Positions 37,459 to 48,000 of a stretch of DNA of 64,000 bases are shown piece after piece. The stretch covers positions 64,001 through 128,000 of IMG/VR virus record IMGVR_UViG_3300031788_000002; one strand, given 5' to 3'. A program made the translations under genes and the position numbers. Below the pieces are notes generated by a model. The model was not told the origin of the DNA and searched no databases. It was given only the letters and a program-made list of their open reading frames with translations. This DNA comes from a virus. The first letter of the stretch is position 1, and the number at the start of each line of letters is the position of its first letter.

Positions 37459-38727
37459 TTAGAGCTTTTGGCTCTTGTCGCACACCACTAGGTGTCCCCA
37501 GGGTGCCGGGCGTCGCGCGTAGGGGCTTCGCACGATGCACCAGATGACGTCTAATCCGCGAGGAGATTTTGCGGGCGCTGTGCCATCGCCGTCGGTGTAG
37601 TAAACGAGCAGGTTAGCGTCGCGGTACTTCCTTCTTACGTAATCGAAAACTTTGGTGAAGTCCGTTCCTCCCCGGCCCTTGTAATCGATCTTTGGTAAGT
37701 CGCGTAGGCGAATACGCCGATCAGATTGAACGTAGACATCGACTTGAAGGTGCACTGCTTCTTCGATGCCCACGCTGCGCATCAAGTGATACACCTCGCT
37801 GCGCGCGCTGAGGAGTTGCTTGTGGCCCATGGATCCCGAGGTGTCTTCGACCAAGACAACGTTGGGACGATGGTCCACCAATCCCGCGCAAAGCACACCT
37901 GCAAGCTGCCCTCCGACGCTGGGGTTTCGCATGGAGTAAACAGAGTTTCCGGCGATGTGCTCTGCGCTGCGTTGAATGAGGCGGCGGCAGAGCTTACGCC
38001 AATCCACTTCGGGCGCGTTGTAGCGCGCTTTGATCATTGTCTTGAAGCGCCCAGGGCCGTCGAGAGCCGCTTCAATCGCATCGAGGGTTTGTTGTTTGGC
38101 GCAGAGGACCTCGGCTTCATTCTTCCCGTAGGCGGCGTCGAGCGCCGCCTCGAGTTCTTTGTTTACAGCGTGCCCTCCCCCGGAGCCACAACCGCCCGCG
38201 CCGATCTTGGGTTGCCAGGATGTGGCGGCTTGCTTCGGCTGCTTGCCGTCCATGAGCTGTTGCAGCGTTTTGTTTTTTCTCCGCAGCTCTTCCTCGAGCA
38301 GGCTGTAGTACTGCTCGAGGGTCAAGTTGGGGGGATGGTTGTAGGTCGAGGGGTAAATAACCCAGGAGGGCAATGGCCACTTTTCTTCTTGAAGGTTGAA
38401 GTTGATGGCTTCATCGGCGGCGATGCCCGCTAGGTTTTCATCGGGGAGGGCGATGACACGTTCAAAGCCGCGTAGAATGTGTTCACTCTCATGTACGAGG
38501 CAGCTGCCGATAACATCTTCTGCCTGAACTTCAGGATCGGACAGCAGCCAGGGGCCGTTAACGTAGAGCACCAAGCCCTGCGTAATGCCCATGGTGGTCC
38601 CCGGGACGTCAACCACTTCCACCACCATGTCGAGCAGGATCCCGTCATAGTAGTCGGCGCGAGAGTTGACGTAGGCACGTCCGAGGGAAAGGCGTGAGAG
38701 TGCCTCAGAGACGATAGAACGGTCCAT
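37459..38727 (-). CDS. Metallopeptidase-like + VWA domain protein (DUF2201-type)
   Basis: HESEH (HExxH), DTSGSM MIDAS, GRGGTDF, YTDG. Confidence 0.85.
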   Translation of the reverse strand: MDRSIVSEALSRLSLGRAYVNSRADYYDGILLDMVVEVVDVPGTTMGITQGLVLYVNGPWLLSDPEVQAEDVIGSCLVHESEHILRGFERVIALPDENLAGIAADEAINFNLQEEKWPLPSWVIYPSTYNHPPNLTLEQYYSLLEEELRRKNKTLQQLMDGKQPKQAATSWQPKIGAGGCGSGGGHAVNKELEAALDAAYGKNEAEVLCAKQQTLDAIEAALDGPGRFKTMIKARYNAPEVDWRKLCRRLIQRSAEHIAGNSVYSMRNPSVGGQLAGVLCAGLVDHRPNVVLVEDTSGSMGHKQLLSARSEVYHLMRSVGIEEAVHLQVDVYVQSDRRIRLRDLPKIDYKGRGGTDFTKVFDYVRRKYRDANLLVYYTDGDGTAPAKSPRGLDVIWCIVRSPYARRPAPWGHLVVCDKSQKL

Positions 38728-39998
38728 CAGGTAACCCCGATGTACTTTAGGTGCCCCTTGTCGTAGAGCAGGCCAGTGGTCTGCGCTACAGCTTCTTGAA
38801 GATGAGGGTCTGGATGGTTCCCGTCGTAATGGGCACGAAGTAACGTCTTCGCGGGGCGTGTACAGACATCGGCGTAACCAAAGCTCGCCGCGTTGAACAG
38901 CAAGAGCCAGCAGCTAGTTGCCAGCTGCGCTCCCCTTACGGGGTCCGCTTCGTTAGCTACGTAAATGGCGCACGAGGACAGCACCGTGCGTACAACATCG
39001 AGCTGCTTAGGAATCTGCCAGCCCTTCAGGAGTACGTCTTCGGGATTGGGCAAATTCAGCTTCTTCATGAAGACGGCCCAGTCGGCAGCGAGCCCTGCGC
39101 CGACCAGGCCCGCAACGACGTCGAGCTGGGTGCGCTCTCCTAATCCAAGGCAGCGGGCGGTGGTGACGCCGTTGACAGCCCACGACCACGTACGGTGAGA
39201 AGGCCAGGGGCCCGCGGCGCGGGGGTCGTCTGCCTCTGGTTGGTCATAGAGGCGGTAGTGCTCCTTTCCATCATCCTCCCCCTCTCCCTTTTTCAGCTTG
39301 TAGGTGCCGCCCGACGACGCCAGAAAATCGTGGGTTACGCGTAATACAGCGCCGAAGTGAAGCCCCCAGTTGGCGCGAACGCGGGCTTCACTGTTGGTCA
39401 AATTGGGGATGTCGGGCTCGTACTCATCGTTCATGTATTCGTCCCATTGCTTCAGCGTAGGATTTGTGTACGCGTAGTGCAGTACGCGGTTAGCGAAGGG
39501 GATTTCAAGCTCTCGGCCGTTAGCTGCAATATCTGGGGGGTTCATTGCGAGAACAATGCGTACACCCGGGGGCAGCTTGTACTCACCGATGGTGCGCTCA
39601 TTCATCAAGGAGAGAAGCGCTGCCTGTACTGCGCGCGGCGCGGATGAAATCTCGTCGAGAAAAAGAATGGCACGTTCGTCGTTGATGGCAGCGCGAATCT
39701 GGGGCAGCGCGCATTCGAGAGAGAAGCCAACGGGCGTCATAACCGGGTAGCCCCCGATGTGCTCCGGGATCTTCGTGGAGGCGAAGATCGGGTAGACGTG
39801 CAAGCCCAGCATCTTTCCGATGGCGTAGATGCGCTCGCTTTTGCCAACGCCCGACCCTCCAATGGAGCATAAATTGATGCCCCAATTGCCTTCTTGGAAG
39901 GGCGCCATCGGCCCTTTGGCGAGCGGCGTGGACATGCTAGCCACCAGCAAACTCTCAAAGCGATCCATGTTGTTTTCTTTCTTCGATGAATGCGACAA
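38727..39998 (-). CDS. MoxR-like AAA+ ATPase
   Basis: GGSGVGKS, LFLDEI, AMNP, PFANR; coupled to the VWA gene. Confidence 0.85.
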   Translation of the reverse strand: MSHSSKKENNMDRFESLLVASMSTPLAKGPMAPFQEGNWGINLCSIGGSGVGKSERIYAIGKMLGLHVYPIFASTKIPEHIGGYPVMTPVGFSLECALPQIRAAINDERAILFLDEISSAPRAVQAALLSLMNERTIGEYKLPPGVRIVLAMNPPDIAANGRELEIPFANRVLHYAYTNPTLKQWDEYMNDEYEPDIPNLTNSEARVRANWGLHFGAVLRVTHDFLASSGGTYKLKKGEGEDDGKEHYRLYDQPEADDPRAAGPWPSHRTWSWAVNGVTTARCLGLGERTQLDVVAGLVGAGLAADWAVFMKKLNLPNPEDVLLKGWQIPKQLDVVRTVLSSCAIYVANEADPVRGAQLATSCWLLLFNAASFGYADVCTRPAKTLLRAHYDGNHPDPHLQEAVAQTTGLLYDKGHLKYIGVT

Positions 39999-40257
39999 CG
40001 TCAGGACAAAAACGAGCCGGCATGGCCGTTTTCAAGAAACTACCCCGTACAACAAGAAACCCGTCTTCATCCGCCAAGGTGAAGGGCACGTAGAGTCCCC
40101 CGGGAATACGCACAGCTGTTTTGCGGTTCTCTGCTTCTTGTAAACTAGCCCTAAAAAGGGCGCGTAGCGCTTCGTCGTCGAGAGCGCTAGCGGCCTGCCA
40201 GCGCTCTCGAGCACGACGAAAGGCATGCGGGTCCACGAGAACGTGGGTCAACCGCAC
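39955..40257 (-). CDS. Hypothetical protein, 100 aa
   Basis: AGGAG RBS; HAFRRARER motif. Confidence 0.5.
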   Translation of the reverse strand: MRLTHVLVDPHAFRRARERWQAASALDDEALRALFRASLQEAENRKTAVRIPGGLYVPFTLADEDGFLVVRGSFLKTAMPARFCPDVVAFIEERKQHGSL

Positions 40258-40266
40258 ACGGATCTC

Positions 40267-40518
40267 CTAGGCACTCTCGGTGGGCTCACTTTGCACAACG
40301 CGAATATCAATGCGCATGGGTTCTACCGCAGCGATTAGACCGAATAGAACGTTCAGCTCCCGTTGCTTGAGCAGTGAATCCTGCTCCTTGATGTCTTCAG
40401 TGCCTTCATACAGGCCGACGTTAACGCCGTATTCCTTAAGAAACCGGTAGAGAAGCTGCGCCAGCGTTCGTTTGTCGCTATGCGCTTTACCACTGACCGT
40501 TACCGTGAGTGTGTTCAT
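40267..40518 (-). CDS. Hypothetical protein, 83 aa
   Basis: AAGGA RBS; ATGA overlap. Confidence 0.55.
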   Translation of the reverse strand: MNTLTVTVSGKAHSDKRTLAQLLYRFLKEYGVNVGLYEGTEDIKEQDSLLKQRELNVLFGLIAAVEPMRIDIRVVQSEPTESA

Positions 40519-41144
40519 GTATTCCTTCGTGCAATGCAGTACCCGGCCGCCCGGTTACAAGGCCCGTTGCGCCAGCAGCGCGTGGTGATTCCTTCCACGC
40601 ATTCGTTGTTCTGTAGAATGTGCTCCCCGGTACCCCACAGCCCTTCCAAGAGGTTCAGGTTGATGTCGTTGCAGCATACGGAACAGATGTACTCAAAAGG
40701 CGGTATCGTAATAAAATCCAGGGCCCATTCGCGGTTGGGGGCGCGATCGGAAAGAACGAAGCTACCGTCATAGACGATCCCCGTTTTTTCCCCCTGAAGA
40801 ATGTCGGAGCCGCACCCTGTGCAAGCGGCCACAACAAATGCACCGCTTACGAGCACGGGAGGCTGGTCCTTGTAAATGTAGCGAAGGGTTGAGCGTGTTT
40901 CATCCCAGCAATCTTCATGCAGATAGTAGGGATGGTACTGATACTCGCCATCTGCGGCCAGAAGGGGCAGAGGTACTTCGAAGACCCGCCCACAGTCATC
41001 TTGCGTAACGTTCGCAATGACAATGTGCAGTAGACAAATTGGCGTCTCAGCCGCTACGAGTTTGCTGCAGCTGTTGCACACGTGGTCACTTTGCATGACG
41101 ACGCGGTTCGCCAGTGTTTCCCTAGCCAGGCTGCTCATTGCCAT
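40515..41144 (-). CDS. Cys-rich hypothetical protein, 209 aa
   Basis: Several CxxC/HxxC pairs; GGAGG RBS. Confidence 0.55.
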   Translation of the reverse strand: MAMSSLARETLANRVVMQSDHVCNSCSKLVAAETPICLLHIVIANVTQDDCGRVFEVPLPLLAADGEYQYHPYYLHEDCWDETRSTLRYIYKDQPPVLVSGAFVVAACTGCGSDILQGEKTGIVYDGSFVLSDRAPNREWALDFITIPPFEYICSVCCNDINLNLLEGLWGTGEHILQNNECVEGITTRCWRNGPCNRAAGYCIARRNT

Positions 41145-41800
41145 GTCATTACCTCCCGTTGAATGTGCAGCCAGCGTTTACTGAGCGCTTCGAGGCTCAA
41201 GTCGCGGGGGCACCCTAAGGGGTCGAAATCCCCCAAATAGGTATCGAGGAATTGTTCATCGACGCGCTCCCCCGTGTGCAAGTAACGTGGGAGATCAAAA
41301 CCATGAAGCAACAAGTCAGATACGCGATAGTCATTTTGTTGGCGTAGTTCAAGCTCACGCAGAAAGAGATCGTCTTCAACGTCGTCTGGGTAGGCATGCA
41401 GCCCTACCCACCCACGGCGCCTATCTCCGATTTCGTAGCGTTCTTCTTGTGTCCAAGGATTGATGTCCCCCGGTTTTGCATCCCCGCAGAGTAATTCGAA
41501 GTCGAACTGCCCGATGAAAGACACGATTCCATATTGATCAACCACGCGCAGGCGCAGGGGGTCTTTGCTGCGCACAGAGCGCGTAAGAAGCGTGGTGCGC
41601 TCTTCGAGTACAGGGCACAGCGTGTTCTCAACGGTCCAGCGGCGCTGCGGCATGATGGGGTCTTGGAAGGTTCTACCCCACAGGCCCAATAGTGATGTTA
41701 ATAGACGGGTGCCGGGAATGACTTCGAACTCTTTTGTTAGCGGCACGACGAGCCTCCTCTTGGGGTAAAAAACCACTGTGGTCTGCGAGCCACCAGGCAA
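41135..41800 (-). CDS. Hypothetical protein (true start may be the internal MPQRRW)
   Basis: ORF track; the 5' part overlaps 41673..41861. Confidence 0.45.
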   Translation of the reverse strand: MPGGSQTTVVFYPKRRLVVPLTKEFEVIPGTRLLTSLLGLWGRTFQDPIMPQRRWTVENTLCPVLEERTTLLTRSVRSKDPLRLRVVDQYGIVSFIGQFDFELLCGDAKPGDINPWTQEERYEIGDRRRGWVGLHAYPDDVEDDLFLRELELRQQNDYRVSDLLLHGFDLPRYLHTGERVDEQFLDTYLGDFDPLGCPRDLSLEALSKRWLHIQREVMTWQ

Positions 41801-41861
41801 TGCCCTGGAGAACGCCGACCACCGCGGCTAATAGGAAGAGGGGGACCTCTCCCTGTTTCAT
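41673..41861 (-). CDS. Small single-pass membrane protein, 62 aa
   Basis: Hydrophobic LFLLAAVVGVLQGIAWWL; AAGGA RBS; ATGA overlap. Confidence 0.45.
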   Translation of the reverse strand: MKQGEVPLFLLAAVVGVLQGIAWWLADHSGFLPQEEARRAANKRVRSHSRHPSINITIGPVG

Positions 41862-42016
41862 GCAGCGTTGCTTCCTTTCTTCGGTACAGTTGGGGGTTCT
41901 TCGCTGTCGGGTTCTCCTTCGTCGAAGGTCATGTAGAGCTCCGCAACGTCCTGGGAGAGCTGTGACGTTTCCGGGGGTATCGGCGGTGTTTCTTTCTTGG
42001 GGGTTTGCTTTCTCAT
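41858..42016 (-). CDS. Small acidic/Pro-rich protein, 52 aa
   Basis: ATG at 42016 (MRKQTPKK); avoids overlap with the RNAP gene. Confidence 0.4.
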   Translation of the reverse strand: MRKQTPKKETPPIPPETSQLSQDVAELYMTFDEGEPDSEEPPTVPKKGSNAA

Positions 42017-42024
42017 CGTGATTG

Positions 42025-42035
42025 TTATCCCTGCG
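42025..42035 (-). promoter_or_regulatory. Candidate phage promoter motif CGCAGGGATAA
   Basis: 10/11 match to 30197-30207. Confidence 0.4.
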
Positions 42036-42085
42036 AAACTGCGTTTCTTGTAGGAGCGAACCTCCTCGCGGTACGCTAGGCGGCC

Positions 42086-45000
42086 ATGGCCTACCTCAAT
42101 CCCAAGGAAGCGTTCGCCGACTTGAAGCAGAACGTCATCGAGGGGTTGCAAGCGCACTTCCCCATCACGGGGTCAAAGCAGAGCATCCATCTCGAGGGCG
42201 TCGACGTGCGTGAGCACGCACGGGATTTCAATGATCTAACGGAGCAACACAAGGCCAAAGTCGAGGGGCGCTCCTGGACGGTACCGGTCTTTGGGGCGCT
42301 GGCTCTGAAGAACAATCAAACGGGAGAGGTCCTCGATCGAAAGAGCATTCAGCTGGCGGACTTGCCGTACATGACCCAGCGGCACGCCTACATCGTTGAT
42401 GGGCGGGAATACCAGGTGGATAACCAGTGGCGCCTTAAGCCAGGCGTGTACACGCGCCGTAAAGAAGACGGGGAGCTGAAGTCTCAGTTCAACGTGCAGG
42501 GAAAGCGCCCCTTCGACATCACGTTGGATCCAGAGACCAAGGTTTTTTCCATGATACGCGGGGACTCAAAGAACATCCCCGTCTACCCCCTCATGAAAGA
42601 GCTCGGTGTCGACGACGACACGCTTCAAGCATCCTGGGGGAAAGAGGTCTTGGCGGCGAACCGAGGCGCCCGCGCAGCGGGTACGGCGCTTGAGCGCTTC
42701 TACAAAGCTGACAAGAAGCGTGCACCGACGAGCACCGAAGAAGCGCGGCAGCACTTCATCGATACGATGGAGGGTTCGAAGATACGCCCCGAGGTGACGC
42801 AGATAACGCTTGGGAAGCCCTATGACCACGTGAACGGGAATCTATTGCACGACGTTACGACCAAGATGATTGGCGTGCAACGCGGCGAGATTCCTGAGGA
42901 TGAGCGAGACAGCCTCGTCTTCAAGGATTTGCACACGGTGGCCGACTTCGCCAAGAAGGGCCTGACCGACTGGAAGACGAAGAAAGCGCTCCAAGCGCGC
43001 ACGGCACGTAAGATCAATACCGCCACCAGCATCCGCCAGGTGATTCACGGCAACATGTTCAGCAGGCCGGTTAAAGCTACATTCACCGAGAACGCGCTGG
43101 CGCGTACGGCCGATCAGGTCAACCCCGTCGAGATGCTGACTTCGAGCTTTCAAACGACCATCATGGGGCCCGGGGGAATCCAGAGCGACAACGCCATCAG
43201 TGAGTCGGCAAAGCTCATAAACCCTAGTCAAATCGGGTTTTTGGATTCCATACATACCCCCGAAGGGTCCAAAACTGGGGTAACTTTGCACCTTCCGATG
43301 GGTGTCATTAAACGCGGGAACACGCCTCTCATCCCGGTGTACAACCTGCGCACGCAGCAGATGGACCACATTGATCCTGTGACGTACCACAAGTCCGTGG
43401 TGATGATGCCCGACCAGGTAACGTGGAATAAGAGCACGCCCATCCCCGTGGGTAAGCGCGTGATGGTGTCGCAGAAGGGCAACGAGCTGGTAGAGGCCGA
43501 CGCTTCTTCCGCGGACTACGTGATGCGAAGCCCAAGTCAGCTTTTCAGCATGACTTCGAACTTGATTCCTTTTCTAGGAAACAATTCAGGTAACCGCGCG
43601 AGCTACGCCACCCATCATATCGAGCAGGCGATCAGCCTGCACGATCGGGACGCTCCCCTAGTCCAATCGGGAACAGGGCGGGCGACGGGTGTGCGTACCT
43701 TTGAAGAATTCATGGGACGGCAGTCTGCCCACATCGCGCCTACGGCGGGTACGGTGACAAAGGTCACGGCCGACGCGATCACCGTGCAGGATAAGGAGGG
43801 TAAGGACCACCACGTCACCATCTACAACAACTTTCCCCTCAATGATCCAAAGGCAGTTCTTCATAGTACGCCGGCTGTAAAGGAGGGGGATGCGGTTACA
43901 CCGGGGCAGCTTCTGGCCGATAACAACTTCACGCGCAATGGTCAGTTGGCACTCGGAAAGAACTTGCTGGTCGCCTACATTCCTTTTAAGGGACACAACT
44001 TCGAAGACGGCATCGCTATTAGCCAGACCGCCGCCGCCAAAATGGCGAGTGAGCACATGCATAAGCCGTCGATTACGTTGGGGCCTGATGCCATTACGGG
44101 CCTCGCGAAGTACAAGGCGTTGCACCCAACATCCTTCGAGACGCAGCAGCTAGAACACCTGGATGACGCAGGGGTCGTACGCGTTGGTCAAACCGTGCGT
44201 ACGGGCGATCCGCTGGTGGTGGCATCCCGCCCGTTTGACTCCAAGGGGTCGTACTCTCTGAGCAAGATTCGTAAGAGTCTAAGCAGTCAAACGCTGGACT
44301 CCAGCTTGACGTGGAAGAGTGAGCATCCCGGTGAAGTGGTGGGCATTCATCGAGATGAAGAGGGTAATGTCACCGTACATGTGCGCACCGTAGAGCCTAT
44401 GCAAGTAGGCGATAAAATGTGTTACGACGAAGAAACGGAGATGCTTACCGCGCGCGGGTGGCTTCCAGTGGCGGATGTAACGTGTGCCGACGAAGTCTGC
44501 TCTCGTGTTGACGGGCACATTGTTTATCAAAGTCCCGATGCGGTTTTTGCTTACCCAACCGGCGGGCGTATGTACCGCATCAAAAGCCGGCAGGTCGACT
44601 TACTCGTTACCGATAAGCACGACATGTTTGTCAAGGAGCGGGGGGCCTCCGACTTTTTGTTGACGCCGGCGGCTACGCTTTTTGGTCGTCGCATTCGCTA
44701 CGCCAAGAGTGGGCTCTGGCAAGGGCATGACCCGGAGTACATTGCCTTCCCCGCTCTGTGCGTTCGTGCCGGTCAGTACGGTAACGGTTCTCGGATGTTG
44801 CCCGAAGTACGGTTGCCCGTCTCGGTGTACTGCATGCTCTTGGGGGCCTACGTGTCTAACGGGCACACGTTTGATCAGCCGGGGGACTACGGCATCGCCA
44901 TTGACAAAGCAACGGGACCGCAATTCGAAGAACTGTGCCGTGCGCTAACCGAGGCGAACATCGCCTTCAGTCGTACGAACGGCGCGACCTGCTCCCGCGT

Positions 45001-48000
45001 TACCATCCATTCCAAGCAATGGCTTGAGCACTTTCGTGTTCTTGGGCGTGCACGCGTCAAGTACATCCCGGAGCACATCTTCAGTTTTTCGCGGGACAGC
45101 CTCTGCATTCTCTTTAAGTGGTTGATGTGGGGGAATAGTTCTTCAATGATGACGGGGCGTCCTGTGGCGTACTTTACCTCGTCAAAACGTCTAGCCGATG
45201 ATGTTCAGCGTTTGGCTCTGCACGTGGGCTACGCCGGTAACGTCCGTATTCACGCCGAGGAAGGGTGGCAAACGATCAAAGGTAAGCCCTCGTGGTGTGC
45301 GCGTTCCTACGAGGTGCGCATCGTTACAACGAAGCTGGAGCCTCAGGTTAATAACGGCCACGTAAAGAAGCAGCGTGCTCAAGAAGAATACTTCGTCGAG
45401 AACTACACCAAGCCGGTGTACTGCGTCCGTGTTCCCGGGCACGTTGTCTACGTTCGCCGAAACGGTAAAGCTGTTTGGTCGGGCAACTCGGGGCGTCACG
45501 GGAACAAGGGGGTCATCACCACTATCCTTCCCGACAAAGAGATGCCGCACACAGCGGACGGGCGTCCAATTGAAGTCGTCTTGAATCCTAGCGGCGTTCC
45601 CGGGCGCATGAACATGGGTCAGGTCTTGGAAACGGCGGCCGGTAAGATTGCAGAGAAGACGGGGCAGACCTACATCGTCAACAACTTCGAGCACGGTGTA
45701 GACCAACTCGATCGTGTGAAGAAGGCGCTCAAAGAACACGGGCTTACGGATACCGAAGAAGTAATTGACCCCGTGAGTGGGCAATCCCTCGGTAAAGCTT
45801 TGGTAGGTCCTCAGCACCTTCTGAAGTTGAACTTTCAAATTGATAAGAAGGTGAGCGTGCGCTCTGGTATGCCTCTTGAGGGTGCCGAACCAGAGCATTA
45901 TGATGCGGACACGCTCATTCCCGCGCAAGGGGGTAAGACGGGCGGGCAGTCCATGGGTAACCTGGGATTGTACGGGATGCTCGCGCACGGTGCGAAGCAC
46001 AATATCCGGGAGATGCAGACTTGGAAGAGTGAGGGTGCGGATCGAAAAGAGCGTTGGGACAGCCTTCACAATGAAGTGTGGCGTGCCATTCAAACGGGGG
46101 AAACACCACCCCCTCCGAAGAAGACCTTCGCGTTCCAAAAGTTCGAGGACATGCTGACGGCTGCGGGTATCAACGTCACGAAGCGCGGGCATACACTTCA
46201 GTTGACTCCCCTCACCAATCAACAGATTCTCGCGCAAAGCGCGGGGGCGTTACCCAATCCGGGCTACAGCGTCATTTCGAAGAAGGGTAAAGCAGGGGAT
46301 GAGCCCGTCGCGCGTAAAGGCGGCGTCTTCGACCCCGCGATTACGGGAGGACATGGGGGGCAGAACTGGTCGCACATTGTTCTTCCGGAGCCCGTCCCCA
46401 ACCCCGTATTCGAGCATGCGATCCAGCGTGTTCTTGGCCTTAAAGAGGGGCAGTACGCGGACATCGTTAACGGTGAGGCCGCGGTTAAGGACGGCAAGGT
46501 TGTTCCCTTGGGAACAGAGGGCTCTAAAGCGGGGGGTGCCGCCATCGCGCATATGCTGGGTGAGCTCGACGTAAAAGAGGAGCTCAAGAAAGCTAAGGAC
46601 GCTCTCGACAAGCTCAAGGTACCCGCGAACCTCGCGCATCGAGATGTTACTCCAAAACTTGATCAGCTTTCGAAGCAGGTGCGCTACCTGTCCACTTTGG
46701 ACAAGGCAGGGATTCATCCAAAGGACGCCTACGTTCTCGAAAACCTGCCCGTGATCCCACCCATCATGCGGCCCGCAAGTTTTTTGCCGAACGGTAACGT
46801 ACACGAAGCGGATCTGAACAGCTTGTACACGCGCGCTGGGCAGCTCGCGTCCGCAATGCAATCCCCCAACTACAAGTACTTGAGCGACCATGACAAGAAG
46901 GAGGATCGCTTCAATTTGTACGACAGCGTGAAAGCGCTCATGGGGGTGGGGGAAGATTGGGCGACCCGGGGCAAGCAAGGCAAGGGAGTGCTCCTTCAAA
47001 TCGCGGGCTCTGCACCCAAAGAAGGTTACTTCCAGAATACGCTCTTATCGCGTCGTCAAGACATGACCATGCGCGCCACCATCACGCCAGATGCATCCAT
47101 GGGGCTTGACCAGGTGGGCCTACCGGAAAAGAAGGCGCTCGACTTGTTCCGCCCGTTTGTAGTGAACAAGCTGCAAGAAATCGGAGCCGCTAGTACACCA
47201 CGGGAAGCGCATGCGCTTTTGTCTGAACCGGGGAAGAAAGATCCCGCGGTGTACCAGGCGCTCGATAAGGTGATGGCGGAGCGCCCCGTGCTGCTCAAGC
47301 GCGATCCGGTACTGCACAAGCACGGCGTGCAAGCTTTTTGGCCGCAGCGCGTCCCGGGGAAAGCCATTCAGATTCACCCCTTAACTACCGGGGGCTTCAC
47401 GGCCGATTTCGACGGCGACACCATGGCACTCTACGTACCCATCGGGCGCGACGCTGTTGAAGAAGCCAAGGGCATGGTGCCTTCCCGAAATGTATACAAC
47501 GAAGCCAGCGGCAAGGTTATTTACCAGCCGAGTCTGGAAGCCAGCCTGGGCTTGTTCAAACTCTCGCGTGTTACAGGGGATAGCGGAAAGACATTCGACT
47601 CCCATGCCGCCTTACTCAAAGCGGCACAAGCGGGAAAGCTGACGGTGACCGAAACCGCAACGGTCGATGGGAAGCCCACGACGGCCGGGCGTATCTTGTT
47701 GGCGTCCGCCGTTCCGGAATCGATGCAGCACGACATGTTGCACAACATGAATCTGTCCTTGAATAAAAAGGGTACGGATCGCGTGTACACGCAGATCGCC
47801 AAGGAACACAAGGCCGCTTTCGCGGATTCGGCGGTCAAGCTGATGCGCCTCGGGTACGACGCCGCCTTCGGTGTTCTCAAGATCCCTAACCCGGCAACGC
47901 AGGGAACGGCGGCGGCTGTCGAGAAAGATGGGGAACACCCCAAGGACAACGTTCAGTACTTGCCTATGGGTACGCATTCCTTGAGCTTGAACGACTTTAC

